A DNA stretch of 64,000 bases from Eledone cirrhosa (lineage: Eukaryota): positions 241,118,001 to 241,182,000 of the forward strand of contig OZ024742.1 in the NCBI GenBank assembly GCA_964016885.1. Reading direction: 5' to 3'. Positions 12,701-32,996 of this stretch are shown in pieces (positions within the stretch are counted from its first letter, which is position 1; the number at the start of each line of letters is the position of its first letter). The notes under the pieces were generated by a model. It was not told the DNA's origin. It made no database searches and was given only the letters and a program-made list of their open reading frames with translations. Made by a program: the position numbers and the translations under genes.

Positions 12701-13170
12701 GAGAAAGGCTCTACAGACACGGGCGCCCGGGTAGGGACCCCGCCAAAAAGATCTGTCCCAGATGCGTGTGCGACGAGGAAACCGTTGCACACGCATTGGT
12801 ACACTGCTCGGGCGTAGCCGATCTGTGGGGCTATGTCGAACAACTGCTGTCAAGGGTGGGACCGATCCGGTTGACCACCGAGTCTATTGTAATGATCAAG
12901 CCGCCTCCCCCCTTCAAAGATGAAGCAGAGGCGGTGTTTCTGTGCGTAATAGCCATGGCGAAAGAGGTTGTATGGTGGACGCGTCTGAAAGGACTGAGGT
13001 CGGGCGCCTTTCTCTCTGGCCAACAACTGGTCCGTTTCTTCCGATATCATTTCGGAAGAAGGATCAGGATGGAGAGAGAGGTGCTGCACCCCAGTCGTTT
13101 TTATGAAAGGTGGGTGAAAGTGGCGAGAATGGCCCGTGTGAATGGGCCTTCTCTTTACATAAGCCTGTAG
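9733..13170 (+). CDS. Tx1-type ORF2 polyprotein: AP endonuclease + reverse transcriptase + C-terminal zinc motif (1145 aa from ATG 9733)
   Basis: APE motifs CLNARG, ICE, GDWN, SYLDRF, YSDH. RT motifs PGLDG, FRPITLLN, LDQSKAFDRV, RQGCPLS, YADD. Tx1-typical GGLG and CPRC..ETVAHALVHC. The frame is uninterrupted. Confidence 0.95.
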   Translation: MAVLRVGCLNARGLGSSWKQAMLLNDLRSQSINVMVICEARISSMRQLAPTFDDFEMHASLCQPGGGGGVIVLLQKHMGLATQIVHLDPGGRLVVLDLGSGEGRAFRLIAAYAPFGTERPDFFQRLESFLGTSRSLLLVGDWNGILDARWDYAGACPNREGCNSLKGLLGRFDLADRFRLDFPTVPTWSWSNRSGSSRSYLDRFLVRNKDRDFLSCPEMLMVGYSDHKLVTCMVNLDRTHRQGPGYWKLNLSLPASRAYRNRISTLVKERLTGAIVNSRWWVSLKREIRVVSIEFSKVLAADRNRKERELIDRVEEAMRSGDVARVLASRTALSQFFDAKHEGCVVRSKIRALGNEGAKAVSWARVTEANSGTKSTIRSLRDLDGRAILEPKQMCEAFQRHFARLFGRGGEPVGNVDFGPYLDGLPRLSDREAKSCEEPISAAEIEDVLGQCGKRKSPGLDGLPYELYLAMPDLFPDLLEAVYCNWQQNGRIPCTVTKGVVTLVRKDENKGDEISNFRPITLLNTELKILAKVLAKRLALVVGNLVGDAQTCAIPSRSIHDNLHLMRYIIERVGNEPGFGGALINLDQSKAFDRVDHGYLDAVLAAAGFGPVFRGWITAMHSSRICSRVKVNGYLSEPFKIARSIRQGCPLSSLLYVLTLEPLLRKLELLQGIPLEPGLRKAVSAYADDVTVMVSTASEIEAVGTLLEEYEKFTGAKLNRDKSIGLQLGTWRGRPMPSDGVVGRWTEGPVKLLGVWFGPDLQVEKNWAEVTNRVFALSQKWASCKLSLKGRAEVANTYIASVIYYRLTVVPCPRNTLTKMERALFQFLWKGRAPMVRRSICCQHPSKGGLGMPWLMMRKHALRLRHLYVFLTGQPVWASFVRRTFPRLVSLTELQSWVKQRPRKLGAWHTECAQALTALWQADPVISGDSTATFYRGLVRSRCDDALGEALDMEEDELASLFGRTFSPGPMDNFQKSLAWQCYRGALPVRERLYRHGRPGRDPAKKICPRCVCDEETVAHALVHCSGVADLWGYVEQLLSRVGPIRLTTESIVMIKPPPPFKDEAEAVFLCVIAMAKEVVWWTRLKGLRSGAFLSGQQLVRFFRYHFGRRIRMEREVLHPSRFYERWVKVARMARVNGPSLYISL

Positions 13171-13456
13171 GTGGAAAAGAGGAAGGAACGAGGGAGCACC
13201 CCCTCTCTGTGCTCCTGAGGAAAAGGGTTGCACACTTTTTTCGGGGGTGTGTGCGACCCCCCAAGGCGCCTCCTCTCTATTGAGGATTTTGTTAAAAATT
13301 TTATTTTTTGTTATATCTTATTTTATTTTTATATTTTGTTATTGCCTCCTCCTTATTGAGGACGCCTTTTTGTGTAAACTCCCCCCTTTGTACTTGTCCC
13401 ACTTTTGATGCCCTAGTGGCAAATAAAAGAAACTTATCTATCTATCTATCTATCTG

Positions 13457-22646
<9,190 letters not shown>

Positions 22647-22648
<2 letters not shown>

Positions 22649-25600
22649 GCTGGCCCTCACCTTTGATTACTTTGAGATGCACGCATCTCTCTGTCAGCCC
22701 GGAGGTGGGGGTGGGGTTGTCGTTCTGCTGCAAACACATCTGGGTCTCGCTACACAGACGGTACACTTGGACCCGGAGAGTCGACTAGTGGTTCTGGACA
22801 TTGGCAATCTTTAAGGCGGAGCTTTTAGGCTGGTCGCCATCTACGGCCCTTTTGGGTCAACGCGGCCGGACTTCTTCCATCGTCTGGAGACTTTTCTAGG
22901 GACGTCCCGCTCCTTGCTTTTAGTGGGGGACTGGAATGGTATCCTAGATGCACGTTGGGACTATGTAGGGGCATGTCCTGATAGAGGGGGTTGTAACAGC
23001 CTCAAGGGGTTAATCGGCCGATTCGACCTGGCCGATAGATACCGACCAGATTTTCCGACTGTGCCAACCTGGACTTGGAGAAACTACAGCGGTCAATCTA
23101 GATCGTACCTAGATAGGTTCTTAGTTAGAAATAAGGATAGGGACTTTTTAAGTTGTCCAAAAATGCTCATGGTTGGCTATTCAGACCACAAGTTAGTGAC
23201 CTCCATGGTCAACCTTGATAGAACGCATAGACAGGGATCCGGTTACTGGAAGCTCAACTTGTCCTTACCGGCAAGTAAAGCTTACAGGAACCGGATTAGT
23301 ACATTAGTTAAGGAGCGGTTGACGGGAGCCATCGTCAACAGCAGGTGCTACGGCTCTCTCAAAAGAAAGATTAGAGTAGCTTCATTAGGAGTTAGTAAGG
23401 AGTTAGCCTCAGATAGAAATAGGAAGGAAAGGGAGTTGGTAGATAGTGTAGAAGAGGCAATTAGAAGCGGCGACGCAGCCAGAGTGCTAGCGTCGAGAAC
23501 GGCCTTGGGCCAGTTCTTCGACGCGAAACACGAAGGCTGCGTTGTCCGAAGCAAAATACATGCTCTGGGAAACGAGGGGACCTAAGCTGTTAGCTGGTCC
23601 CACATGACAGAAGCCAAAAGTGGGACTAGATCCACTATCCGGTCTTTGCGAGACCAGGATGGACGGGTGATCCTTGAACCTAAGCAGATGTGCGAGGCTT
23701 ATCAAGGGCTTTTTGCCCGATTGTTCGGAAGGGACGAGGGGCTGGATGGGGATGTGGACCACGGTCCATACCTCGACGGCCTGCTGCGTCTTTCGGACGA
23801 GGATGCGAAGTCCTGCGAGAAGCCGATCTCAGCTGCTGAAATAGGGGACGTGCTGAGCCAATGTGGCAGACGTAAATTTATATTTGTTATCTCCGGGCCT
23901 CGATGGTCTTCCATACGAACTGTATTTAAGTATGCCGGACTTGTTCTTCGATCTCTTCGAACCGGTCTACTGCAACTGGCAACAGAACGGGAGAATTCCC
24001 TGTTCTGTGACCAAGGGCGTAGTCTCGCTAGTGAGGAAGGACGAGAACAAGGGGGATGAAATAAGTAATTTTAAGCCCATAACACTGCTAAATGCAGAGT
24101 TAAAGATTTTGGCCAAGGTGTTAGCAAAGAGGTTGGCGCTTGTCGTGGGCAACCTGGTGGGAGATGCGCAGACATGCGCCATCCCATCCAGGTCCATTTA
24201 CGACCACCTCCATCTCATGCGATACATCATAGAGAGGGTTGGGAACGAAACCGGCTTGGTGGGGTCCTGATCAACTTGGATCAATGTAAGGCGTTCGATA
24301 GGGTCGACCATCGTTACCTGGATGCGGTGCTAGTGGTGGCAGGTTTCGGACCCGTTTTTAGGGGCTGGATCACTGCCATGCACAGCAGCCGCATCTGCTC
24401 AAGGGTCAAGATGAACGGCTACCTCTCTGAGCCGTTCGAAATCACGCGGTCCATCCGACAGGATGCCCTCTCTCCTCCCTTCTGTACGTATTGACCTTAG
24501 AGCCGCTGCTGCGGAAGTTGGAGTTGTTACAGGGCATCCCTTTGGAACCGGGATTGCGGAAAGCGGTGTCGGCCTACGCCGATGACGTGACAGTAATGGT
24601 GTCAACCGCCTCGGAAATCGGAGTGATCGGCACCTTACTGGAGGAATGCGAAACGTTTAAAGGGGCTAAGCTGAACCGGGACAAGTCGATCGGTTTGCAA
24701 CTCGGTGAGTGGAGGGGCAAACCGATGGCTTCCAACGGCGTCGTCGGATGTTGGACGGAGGGCCCGGTGAAGTTGCTCGGGGTCTGGTTCGGACCAGACA
24801 TCCAGGTGGAGAAGAACTGGGGTGAGGTATCGAACAGGGTGTTTGCGCTGACGCGGAAGTGAGCTGAGTGCAAACTATCCCTGAAAGGTCGGGCGGAGGT
24901 GGCGAACGCTTATATAGTGTCCGTCATCTATTACCGCCTGACCGTCGTGCCTTGCTCATGGGAAACGCTCACCAAAATGGAGCGCGCACTCTTCCAATTC
25001 CTTTGAAAGAAGCGGGCTCCTTTGGTGATGAGATCCATCTGCTGTCAACACCCTTCGAAAGGAGGGCTGGGGATAACGTGGCTGCTGATGCGTAAACACG
25101 CATTAAGGCTACGGCACCTCCAGGTATTCATCACCGGTCAACCGGTGTGGGCCCCGTTTGTGAGGCGAGCCTTTCCGAGACTCGTCTCGCTCACCGAGCT
25201 GCAGTCCTGGGTCAAGCAAAGACCGAGAAAACTGGGCACCTGGCACACCGAGAGTGCCCAGGCGCTCACGGCTCTCTGGCAGGCGGACCTGGCTATCGGT
25301 GGAGACGCCACCTCGTCACTTTATAGAGGGCTGGTGGTTAGTAGGTGCGACGACGCCCTCAGACAAGACCTAGGCATGGAGGAAGACGAACTGGCCAGCC
25401 TATTCGGGAGGACATTTGGTCCGGGACCTATGGACAACTTCCAGAAGTCCCTGGCCTGGCAGTGCTACCGAGGGGCGCTGCCCGTTCGAGAAAAGCTCTA
25501 CAGACACGGGCGCCCGGTTAGGGACTCCTCGAAAAAAATCTGTCCCAGATGCGTGCGCGACGAGGAAACCGTTGTGCGCGCATTGGTAGACTGGTCGGGC

Positions 25601-26179
25601 GTTGCCGATCTGTGGGGCTATGTCGAACGACTTCTATCACGGGTGGGACCAATCCGGTTGACCACTGAGTCCATTGTAAATATCAAGCCGCCTCCCCCCT
25701 TCAAAAATGAAGGAGAGGCGGTCTTCCTCTGCGTAATAGCCATGGTGAAAGAGGTGGTATGGTGGACACGTTTGAAAGGGCTGAGGTGGACACCTTTCTC
25801 TCCGGCCAACAACTGGTCCTTTTCTTTAAATACCATTTTAAGAGAAGGATCAGAATGGAGAGAGAGGTGCTCTACCCCAGCAAGTTTTATGAAAGGTGGA
25901 TGAAAGTAGCGAGAATGGCCCGTGTGAACGGGCCTTCTCTCTTTGTCAGTCTGTAGGTGGAAAGGTGGTAGTGCAAAGGAGCACCCCCTCTCTGTGCTCC
26001 TAAGGAAAAGGGTTGCACACTTTTTCGGGGGTGTGTGTAACCCTCAAAACGCCTCCTCCCTATTGAGGACGTATTGTTAATTTTATATTTGTTATTTGTT
26101 TTTTACTCGCTCCTTTATGTAAACTACCCCCTTGTATATGTCCCCTTCTTTTGTGCCCTCGTGGCAAATAAATAGAAAC

Positions 26180-26180
<1 letters not shown>
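22647..26180 (+). mobile_element. Tx1 retrotransposon copy 4 (5' part missing, degenerate ORF2, same subfamily as copy 1)
   Basis: Starts inside APE (QLALTFDYFEMHASLC). Colinear with copy 1 ORF2 to TAG 25956, with stops and frameshifts. 3'UTR similar to copy 1, then AATAAA and (TATC)n at 26181-26243. Confidence 0.9.
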
Positions 26181-26243
<63 letters not shown>

Positions 26244-27605
26244 ACTCCATCTTTATTTGTTTATCATTTTCTCTATCTAGACATCTCTCAGTCGTTCTCC
26301 TCCTTTCTTATATTTGATACATGTGACATTATATCCTTTAGGATATAAACGTTTGAAAGGTATTGTGCTGCTCTCTAAAATTTATATTACGGCTCCTTTG
26401 TATTGCTATGAATGATAGAACTGTATGTAGTCTGAGATCTGCGTGGAAGGTCTATCACTGCTTTTTAGCTGGTAATATTGTTTTCCTCTGATGCACATGT
26501 AGTCGTCAGATTCCAATATTTGTGTAATATATGACTTGCTTCCACCATTGGGATTGATTGTTTGTATTTGTGAAGACCTCACACGTATCAGTATTAAAAA
26601 TCAATCTTAAGAAATGCTATTTCTTCTTTCAATTTTGACATACTGTTCCTTAGATAAATTTCCTTTTCTTTTCTGATGACCTGATTTTTTTTATTAACTG
26701 TTTCATCTCGAAATATTGGGTTACATACCACACGATATTGACATGACTTTTATGAGCATTGTATCACTAGATGGTACAAAAATGATTTTATGGGAAATAG
26801 ATGGTAGGGTTGAATTATTTATTTAGCTTAAAATGTAGCTTTGTATTTTCTTAAAACGTTTAATTTCGTACTGTATATTAGACATCTCACACCACAAAGT
26901 TCCATGGTTTTGTAGCTAGATGATAAGAGGCTGTGGTCTCTGGAAAGGAATACTGTGAGTGGTTTGCCACTATACTTTTACGGCGCACAGTAAACAATTC
27001 TGAGTGAGTGAGAAAGAGAACAATTGCCCCCGGTATTTAATTTGTACTTTATTTACCGAGCTCGGTAGGATGAAAAACAAATTTGACTTCTGTATAATTT
27101 GAGTTCTGAATGCAAAGAACTGGAACAATTAAGAAAAAGCATTTGTCCGTCATCCGTTACATTCTACCAGTTGTTTACGCTAGCAATTGTGTGCTCACAT
27201 ATATATTATGTGTGCTAGCTCAAGTCAAGAAGGAAGCTCTTACGTGAGTCAAATTCCTCACAATGTCATACTATCGTCACCCCCAAAAAAGGAAAAACGC
27301 ATTGGTTTATGCTAGTTGATGCGCTATATCCGAAATACGATGGCATTGGCCAACTCAAGGCTAAGAAAAAGGGAAAATTTATACAAACTCGGTCAAAACG
27401 TGGAAAATTGGCACCTTAGACCCTTTGTAATGTTACCTCTGCTTTTTGTGAGAGAGAATTAATTCACATTTAATGAAGGGTCGGGATGAATCGAATATAT
27501 TGCCTAACAATTGACCTATTGTAATTATATTATCCCCGAAATATTTTCTAGAACCACTTGCAAAAATCATTTAGTTAGAAAAATTCAACTTGGTAAGTTC
27601 GTGTA

Positions 27606-27868
27606 TACACTAAATTCGAAACCATTTAATATAAAACTTAATTTATAATTTCTTAATAAAAGACAAAATTTGAAAACATTAAATATATATACCTTGTTCT
27701 AATCTTCACGAATTTTAGTTATCATTTACAATTTTTAAGTAGTTAACAGTTCCTATATATATTGTATCTCTATAAATATGTTATACAAAGACTATGTGAT
27801 ACACAAAATACGGTATACATATATATATTTATACAAATGTTAGTATTATATGTATACATGTATACGCA

Positions 27869-27923
<55 letters not shown>

Positions 27924-28436
27924 GGAAAAAATGAAACAAAATTTCATTTCCCACTCTTAGTACGGCTGTTACTTAAATATAAGTATGTATACGTACATAC
28001 ATATATGTATACAGACGTACAGTAGTATGTATATATATATACATACATGTACGTCTGTATACATGTATGTATGTACGTATACATACTTATATTTAAGTAA
28101 GAGCCGTACTAAGAGTGGGAAATGAAATTTTGTTTCATTTTTTCCGTTTATATATATATATATATATATATATATGCATGCGTATACATGTATACATATA
28201 ATACTAACATTTGTATAAATATATATATGTATACCGTATTTTGTGTATCACATAGTATTTGTATAACATATTTATAGAGATATAATATATATAGGAACTG
28301 TTAACTACTTAAAAATTGTAAATGATAACTAAAATTCGTGAAGATTAGAACAAGGTATATATATTTAATGTTTTAGAATTTTGTCTTTTATTAAGAAATT
28401 ATAAATTAAGTTTTATATTAAATGGTTTCGAATTTG

Positions 28437-28441
<5 letters not shown>
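27606..28441. repeat. About 840-bp near-perfect palindrome (composite inverted repeat)
   Basis: 27606-about 28030 is the reverse complement of about 28040-28441, with few substitutions. The inner part is the same family as 48465-48857. Confidence 0.92.
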
Positions 28442-28477
<36 letters not shown>

Positions 28478-28515
28478 GCCCTCTTTGGATTTTAGTCTTC
28501 GCATTTATTATTATT

Positions 28516-28588
<73 letters not shown>

Positions 28589-28591
<3 letters not shown>

Positions 28592-28793
28592 CAATATTTA
28601 ATATAGAAATGGCTTTTATTTCTAAAGGACTATTGTTTCATTCGAAGGAAATCATCAGGCAAGTTTTCCTGATGATTTCCTTTGAATGAAACAGTCCTAG
28701 TCCCGTAGAAGCCATTTCTATATTGTATATTGTATATACTCTACTATGAATTCAGTACCCTACTTACTGTGTTTACCCCCGTTTGTACCCGGG
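28589..28793. mobile_element. (TA)n-flanked inverted-repeat element with hammerhead cores (Penelope pLTR-like)
   Basis: Arms meet near 28663. CTGATGA(28669)-TTTCCTTTGAAT-GAAAC on +. CTGATGA..GAAAC-AATA-GTC on - (28628-28658). Confidence 0.7.
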
Positions 28794-29763
28794 ATATATA
28801 TATATATGTGTGTATATATATATATATGCGTTGCTAATATTGCCAAAAGGAAGAAACATACGCACCATATAATTTTCACTTTATCTTTTGTTATTCATTT
28901 GTTTGTCATGACAAATTAGAAGACTAGGGCTCAGTAGATAACATAGAAATAAAGATCCTATCCACACATAAAACTGACGTAACACTATACAGAGGCAACA
29001 CACATAATAGAAGAGAGCCCTAGCCTGAACAGACACCACTAGTAGAATAGTAAACGCTCGCAACTTAACCACTGAAAACAGAATAGAGAAAAAAAGGATA
29101 CAAATAGCAAAACAGAAAACGATACCCCCTCCCCCACACCTCCCACCCCACCCCACATAAAACAGACGTACACATAACAAATACAAAAAAAAACACTAAT
29201 ACACACAAAATAACGCACTGCAAAACAAACAAAAACAAGACCAGTAAAAAAGGAGGCACAAAACAAATAATCATTGAGGCGATCACTTATATATATGTGT
29301 GTCTGTGTGTGTATGTGTGTCTGTGTGTGTATGTGTGTGTGTGTGGAAACAAAGGGGTAAATATAAAATGCAAGAAGGAGAGCTAATTATAAAGTATATA
29401 CATACAAATACTCTCGCCTTCTGAATATAACTGGGAAACAATCTTCAACCAACGGAAGCTATCCTTGCAAATTCAAGACTACATATTTGGGTATTCTGAT
29501 TGTTAAAAAGAGAGAAAACTTCGTTAGTCTCACGACATCCATTTCTTTGAACATGTTTAGACAATTCTGAAGACAACGAAAATGTCATTGCTTCTACTTA
29601 GCAGAGTATATTCGATTAGCATGTTGGCAGGATCACAATACACTCAAATATATAAAAGGGTATAGGAATATGTATCAGCAAAATTAGAATAGGTGTTTAA
29701 AATAACATAATACTTAAAATGTTGCTACATTAACTAATTGAGATTCCAATTAGTATATATATA

Positions 29764-29799
<36 letters not shown>

Positions 29800-29800
29800 T

Positions 29801-29881
<81 letters not shown>

Positions 29882-29885
<4 letters not shown>

Positions 29886-30134
29886 AAAATGTTTAACCCC
29901 GACGGCAGAGCTCAAGCCGTTTCGACGGCTATTTCTGGACTAAATTAGAATTTTTAGCGTGGTAATGTATTTATTACCACGCTAAAAATTCTAATTTAGT
30001 CCAGAAATAGCCGTCGAAACGGCTTGAGCTCTGCCGTCAGGGTTAAACATTTTCCTATTACCCACTCTACTACCCTAAGTATTGAGTATTCTGGTGCGTT
30101 GGGGTCCATCTGGTTACTTACCACACTTCCTTCG

Positions 30135-30136
<2 letters not shown>
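29882..30136. mobile_element. (TA)n-flanked palindromic element, 'TTTTCCTA' family, with hammerhead 3' half
   Basis: Perfect-looking arms at 29882-30058, centred near 29969. GAAACGGC-loop-GCCGTC at 30016-30038. About 80-nt one-sided tail ending ACCACACTTCCTTCGTT. Relatives at 30687, 44905 and 54579. Confidence 0.8.
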
Positions 30137-30184
<48 letters not shown>

Positions 30185-30686
30185 GGTGGCTGCCAACTCG
30201 TTTTCGAGTACGGCCACTACTTTATATCCCTGTAGGAGAACCCCTATCGATGCGCTGAACAAGTGTGACTTTTTAGTCCAACCAGCGACTTGAAAACTCT
30301 GGTACAAACACTACACTTGTGACAATTATTGACACATAGTTATGAGTCCATGGTACCATGTGATGACAAGTGCAGAGAAATCTCCAGATATAAAGCAATG
30401 CCTGTGCCGTGAAGCTTTTATAGTGAGCAAAGGCACTGCACAAAGCCAGTCACACTCTCTTAACCAAGATGATATTTACCAAAAAGAACAAGTCAACATC
30501 ATTGGATACCATCAGGGTTGCAGGTATTATATCAGAGTTTTCCTTCTAGAATTCTGCCTTGACAAAGGCTAAGGAGTCATCTCTCCCGGTGATTTTGGGT
30601 GGCCATTGACTCTTAAGAGCTCCTTTGCCCTTTGACAGGTTTTGTTATATATATATATATATACATACATACATGCATATATATAT

Positions 30687-30997
30687 AAGAAGAAACAGGG
30701 GTTGTGTAGTTGTTGAATAAGGTGTATTTATAAATAAAAGGGTAGCACGAACGGGAGAAGATTTCCTTCATTAGTTGTCTGCTGGGAATCATGGATATTT
30801 CTACGATGAATGTAGTAACAATGAATTAGACCATTACTCACCAGAGTACTCGATACTTGGGGTAGTAGAGTGGGTAACATGAATGATTCGGGACTCCGAC
30901 GGCTGAGCTCCTGCTCTTTCAACAGCTAGATCCGACGTGTTAGGATCTAGCTGTTGAAACCACAGGAGCTCAGCCGTCGGGGTCCCGAATCCTTTAT
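30687..30997. mobile_element. Palindromic element related to the 29882 family
   Basis: Inverted repeat at 30885-30991 (GATTCGGGACTCCGACGGCTGAGCTCC / GGAGCTCAGCCGTCGGGGTCCCGAATC). The tail CCAGAGTACTCGATACTT..GTAGTAGAGTGGGTAA matches the family. TA-rich flanks. Confidence 0.75.
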
Positions 30998-31077
30998 ATA
31001 TATGTCTAATGGTAGGTATGATGCTTCCATAGGCGGTATGCCGGTTGAGCACTCTATGCTCATACGAAGAAGAGTAT

Positions 31078-31310
31078 GATAGAATGGAAAACGAAAAATC
31101 AGTGATGCATCGGAGTTCAGTGATGCATTCACAGGTTCCTCAGACACGTCTATTAATTTCATCTATAGATGTGTCCGAGGAACTTGTGAATCCAGAGTCA
31201 AGTCGATCCACACACAGTTCGCACCTCGAGCTGTTCGCCGGGGAAACAATTGTAACACACAATAAATTGAGTTCCGATGCATCACTGATCACTGATTTTT
31301 GGTTTTCTAT

Positions 31311-31316
<6 letters not shown>
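31078..31316. mobile_element. Inverted-repeat element with hammerhead motif, ending in (TATC)n
   Basis: Outer and inner inverted repeats. GTGT-CCGAGGA(31175; CTGAGGA in the mirror arm)..GAAAC-AATT-GTA-ACAC(31258). Confidence 0.65.
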
Positions 31317-31403
<87 letters not shown>

Positions 31404-31470
31404 ATATATATATCTATCTATCTATCTATAAATATATATAATATATATATATATACGTACATACACAGGG

Positions 31471-31990
31471 GTGGAAGTTAGCTGCCCAGAAGAGGCCAAT
31501 AAAATATTAAAGATTAGTGAAAAGGAGAATATCTATGCAGAGCTAATAAGAAATCTACAGATTATCCACCCTGACTATACCTTCAGATTTATAACTGCGA
31601 TATGTTAGTAACAGCCTCAGTAGAAATCCCGAGAAGCTGGGCTTCACAGAAACAGAAAGAACACGATTAGTTAGGAAATTACAAGTACAATCCATTAATG
31701 GAACAGTAAAAATATGTAAAACATTCCAAAATTAAAAAAAATCTAATAACTGCATATATACATGTACAAAGCATATACACATGCACACATATACCTCAAA
31801 ACACACATCCACACATACAATAACATCTATACCTGCACACAGATGCATGCATGAAGTCATGCATACATATTTACCTAGTTGATGTTGTGTAAATTCCAAT
31901 GGGAGAGTCTTGTGTCTATGTTAGAAACCGACTCTCTCTCTATTGGTAAAAATTTGTCAAATTATAAAGCCAGAAGAACATACATACATA
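31471..31990 (+). mobile_element. 5'-truncated RLE-type (R4/Dong-like) non-LTR retrotransposon 3' end in (CATA)n
   Basis: Translates VEVSCPEEANKILKISEKENIYAELIRNL...KLGF..RKLQVQSINGTVKICKTFQN* (stop 31733-31735), resembling the restriction-like endonuclease C-terminus. The 3'UTR ends GAAGAA(CATA)n. A second copy lies at 41160-41477. Confidence 0.7.
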
Positions 31991-32060
31991 TGTTTACACA
32001 CACACAGCCACACACGCGCACACACACACACACACACACACACATACAGACACACACACA

Positions 32061-32119
<59 letters not shown>

Positions 32120-32383
32120 TGATTGGAACCTCAATCAATTAATGTTTTTAAATTTTACGCATTAGGTTATTTTCAATGTCCATTCTAATATACATAAATC
32201 AATGTTATTTTTATTATATTAAATGATTGCCAGTTTCATAGAGATTATTGGCAAAAGCATGTATTCTCTGTTACTTCTATATTCACATATAGAGAGTTTA
32301 TTCTTCGTAATACGGTATCACACTCAAATATCTATAACTATAACTGTACATACATGCACGCACTCATACATACATACATGTAA

Positions 32384-32466
<83 letters not shown>

Positions 32467-32486
32467 TATATATATATATATATATA

Positions 32487-32952
32487 TGGAAAGTTATATT
32501 TAAAATTGTTGGGTTACAACTAGTAAATATTTATAACTGATATAAAAGCACTCGACAAATATTTGGAGTATATTTACAATGTTAAATAAATGGAAACTAT
32601 ATTTATAAAACCATATTTATTTCATTATATATATTTCGGGGATATCATATTAACAATATGCTATGCCTTCCTCAGACAAAATACAATATAAACAGTTTTA
32701 TCGATAAATATATTCGACATACCGTTATAACACCGACTTGCATTTGAAGAGGTTAAGCTGGCAGCTTAACTGCCAGCTTAACCTCTTCAAATGCAAGTCG
32801 GTGTTATAACGGTATGTCGAATATATTTATCTATAAAACTGTTTATATTGTATTTTGTCTGAGGAAGGCATAGCATATTGTTAATATGATATCCCCGAAA
32901 TATATATAATGAAATAAATATGGTTTTATAAATATAGTTTCCATTTATTTAA

Positions 32953-32959
<7 letters not shown>
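32487..32959. mobile_element. (TA)n-flanked palindromic element with complete type I hammerheads in both arms
   Basis: Arms at about 32575-32959, centred near 32766, with an extra tail on the left. Confidence 0.85.
32851..32916 (+). ncRNA. Minimal type I hammerhead ribozyme (mirror copy on - strand at about 32617-32682)
   Basis: Stem I TATTTTGT/ATGAAATA, core CTGAGGA(32859), stem II GG.ATA.CATATT/AATATG.TAT.CC, GAAA(32897), palindromic stem III T-ATAT-A, predicted cleavage after AUA (32908). Confidence 0.7.

Positions 32960-32996
<37 letters not shown>

Larger units (their letters stand above)
7638..13433 (+). mobile_element. Full-length Tx1/L1-clade non-LTR retrotransposon, copy 1 (youngest-looking)
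   Basis: 5'UTR, ORF1 with CCHC knuckle, intact ORF2 (APE-RT-Zn), 3'UTR with AATAAA at 13422; (TATC)n on both sides. Confidence 0.93.

Noticed and set aside
10185-13264. Multiple antisense and alternate-frame ORFs inside ORF2 (also in copies 2-4)
   Set aside because: These are shadows of GC-rich coding sequence; their recurrence simply reflects ORF2 homology.
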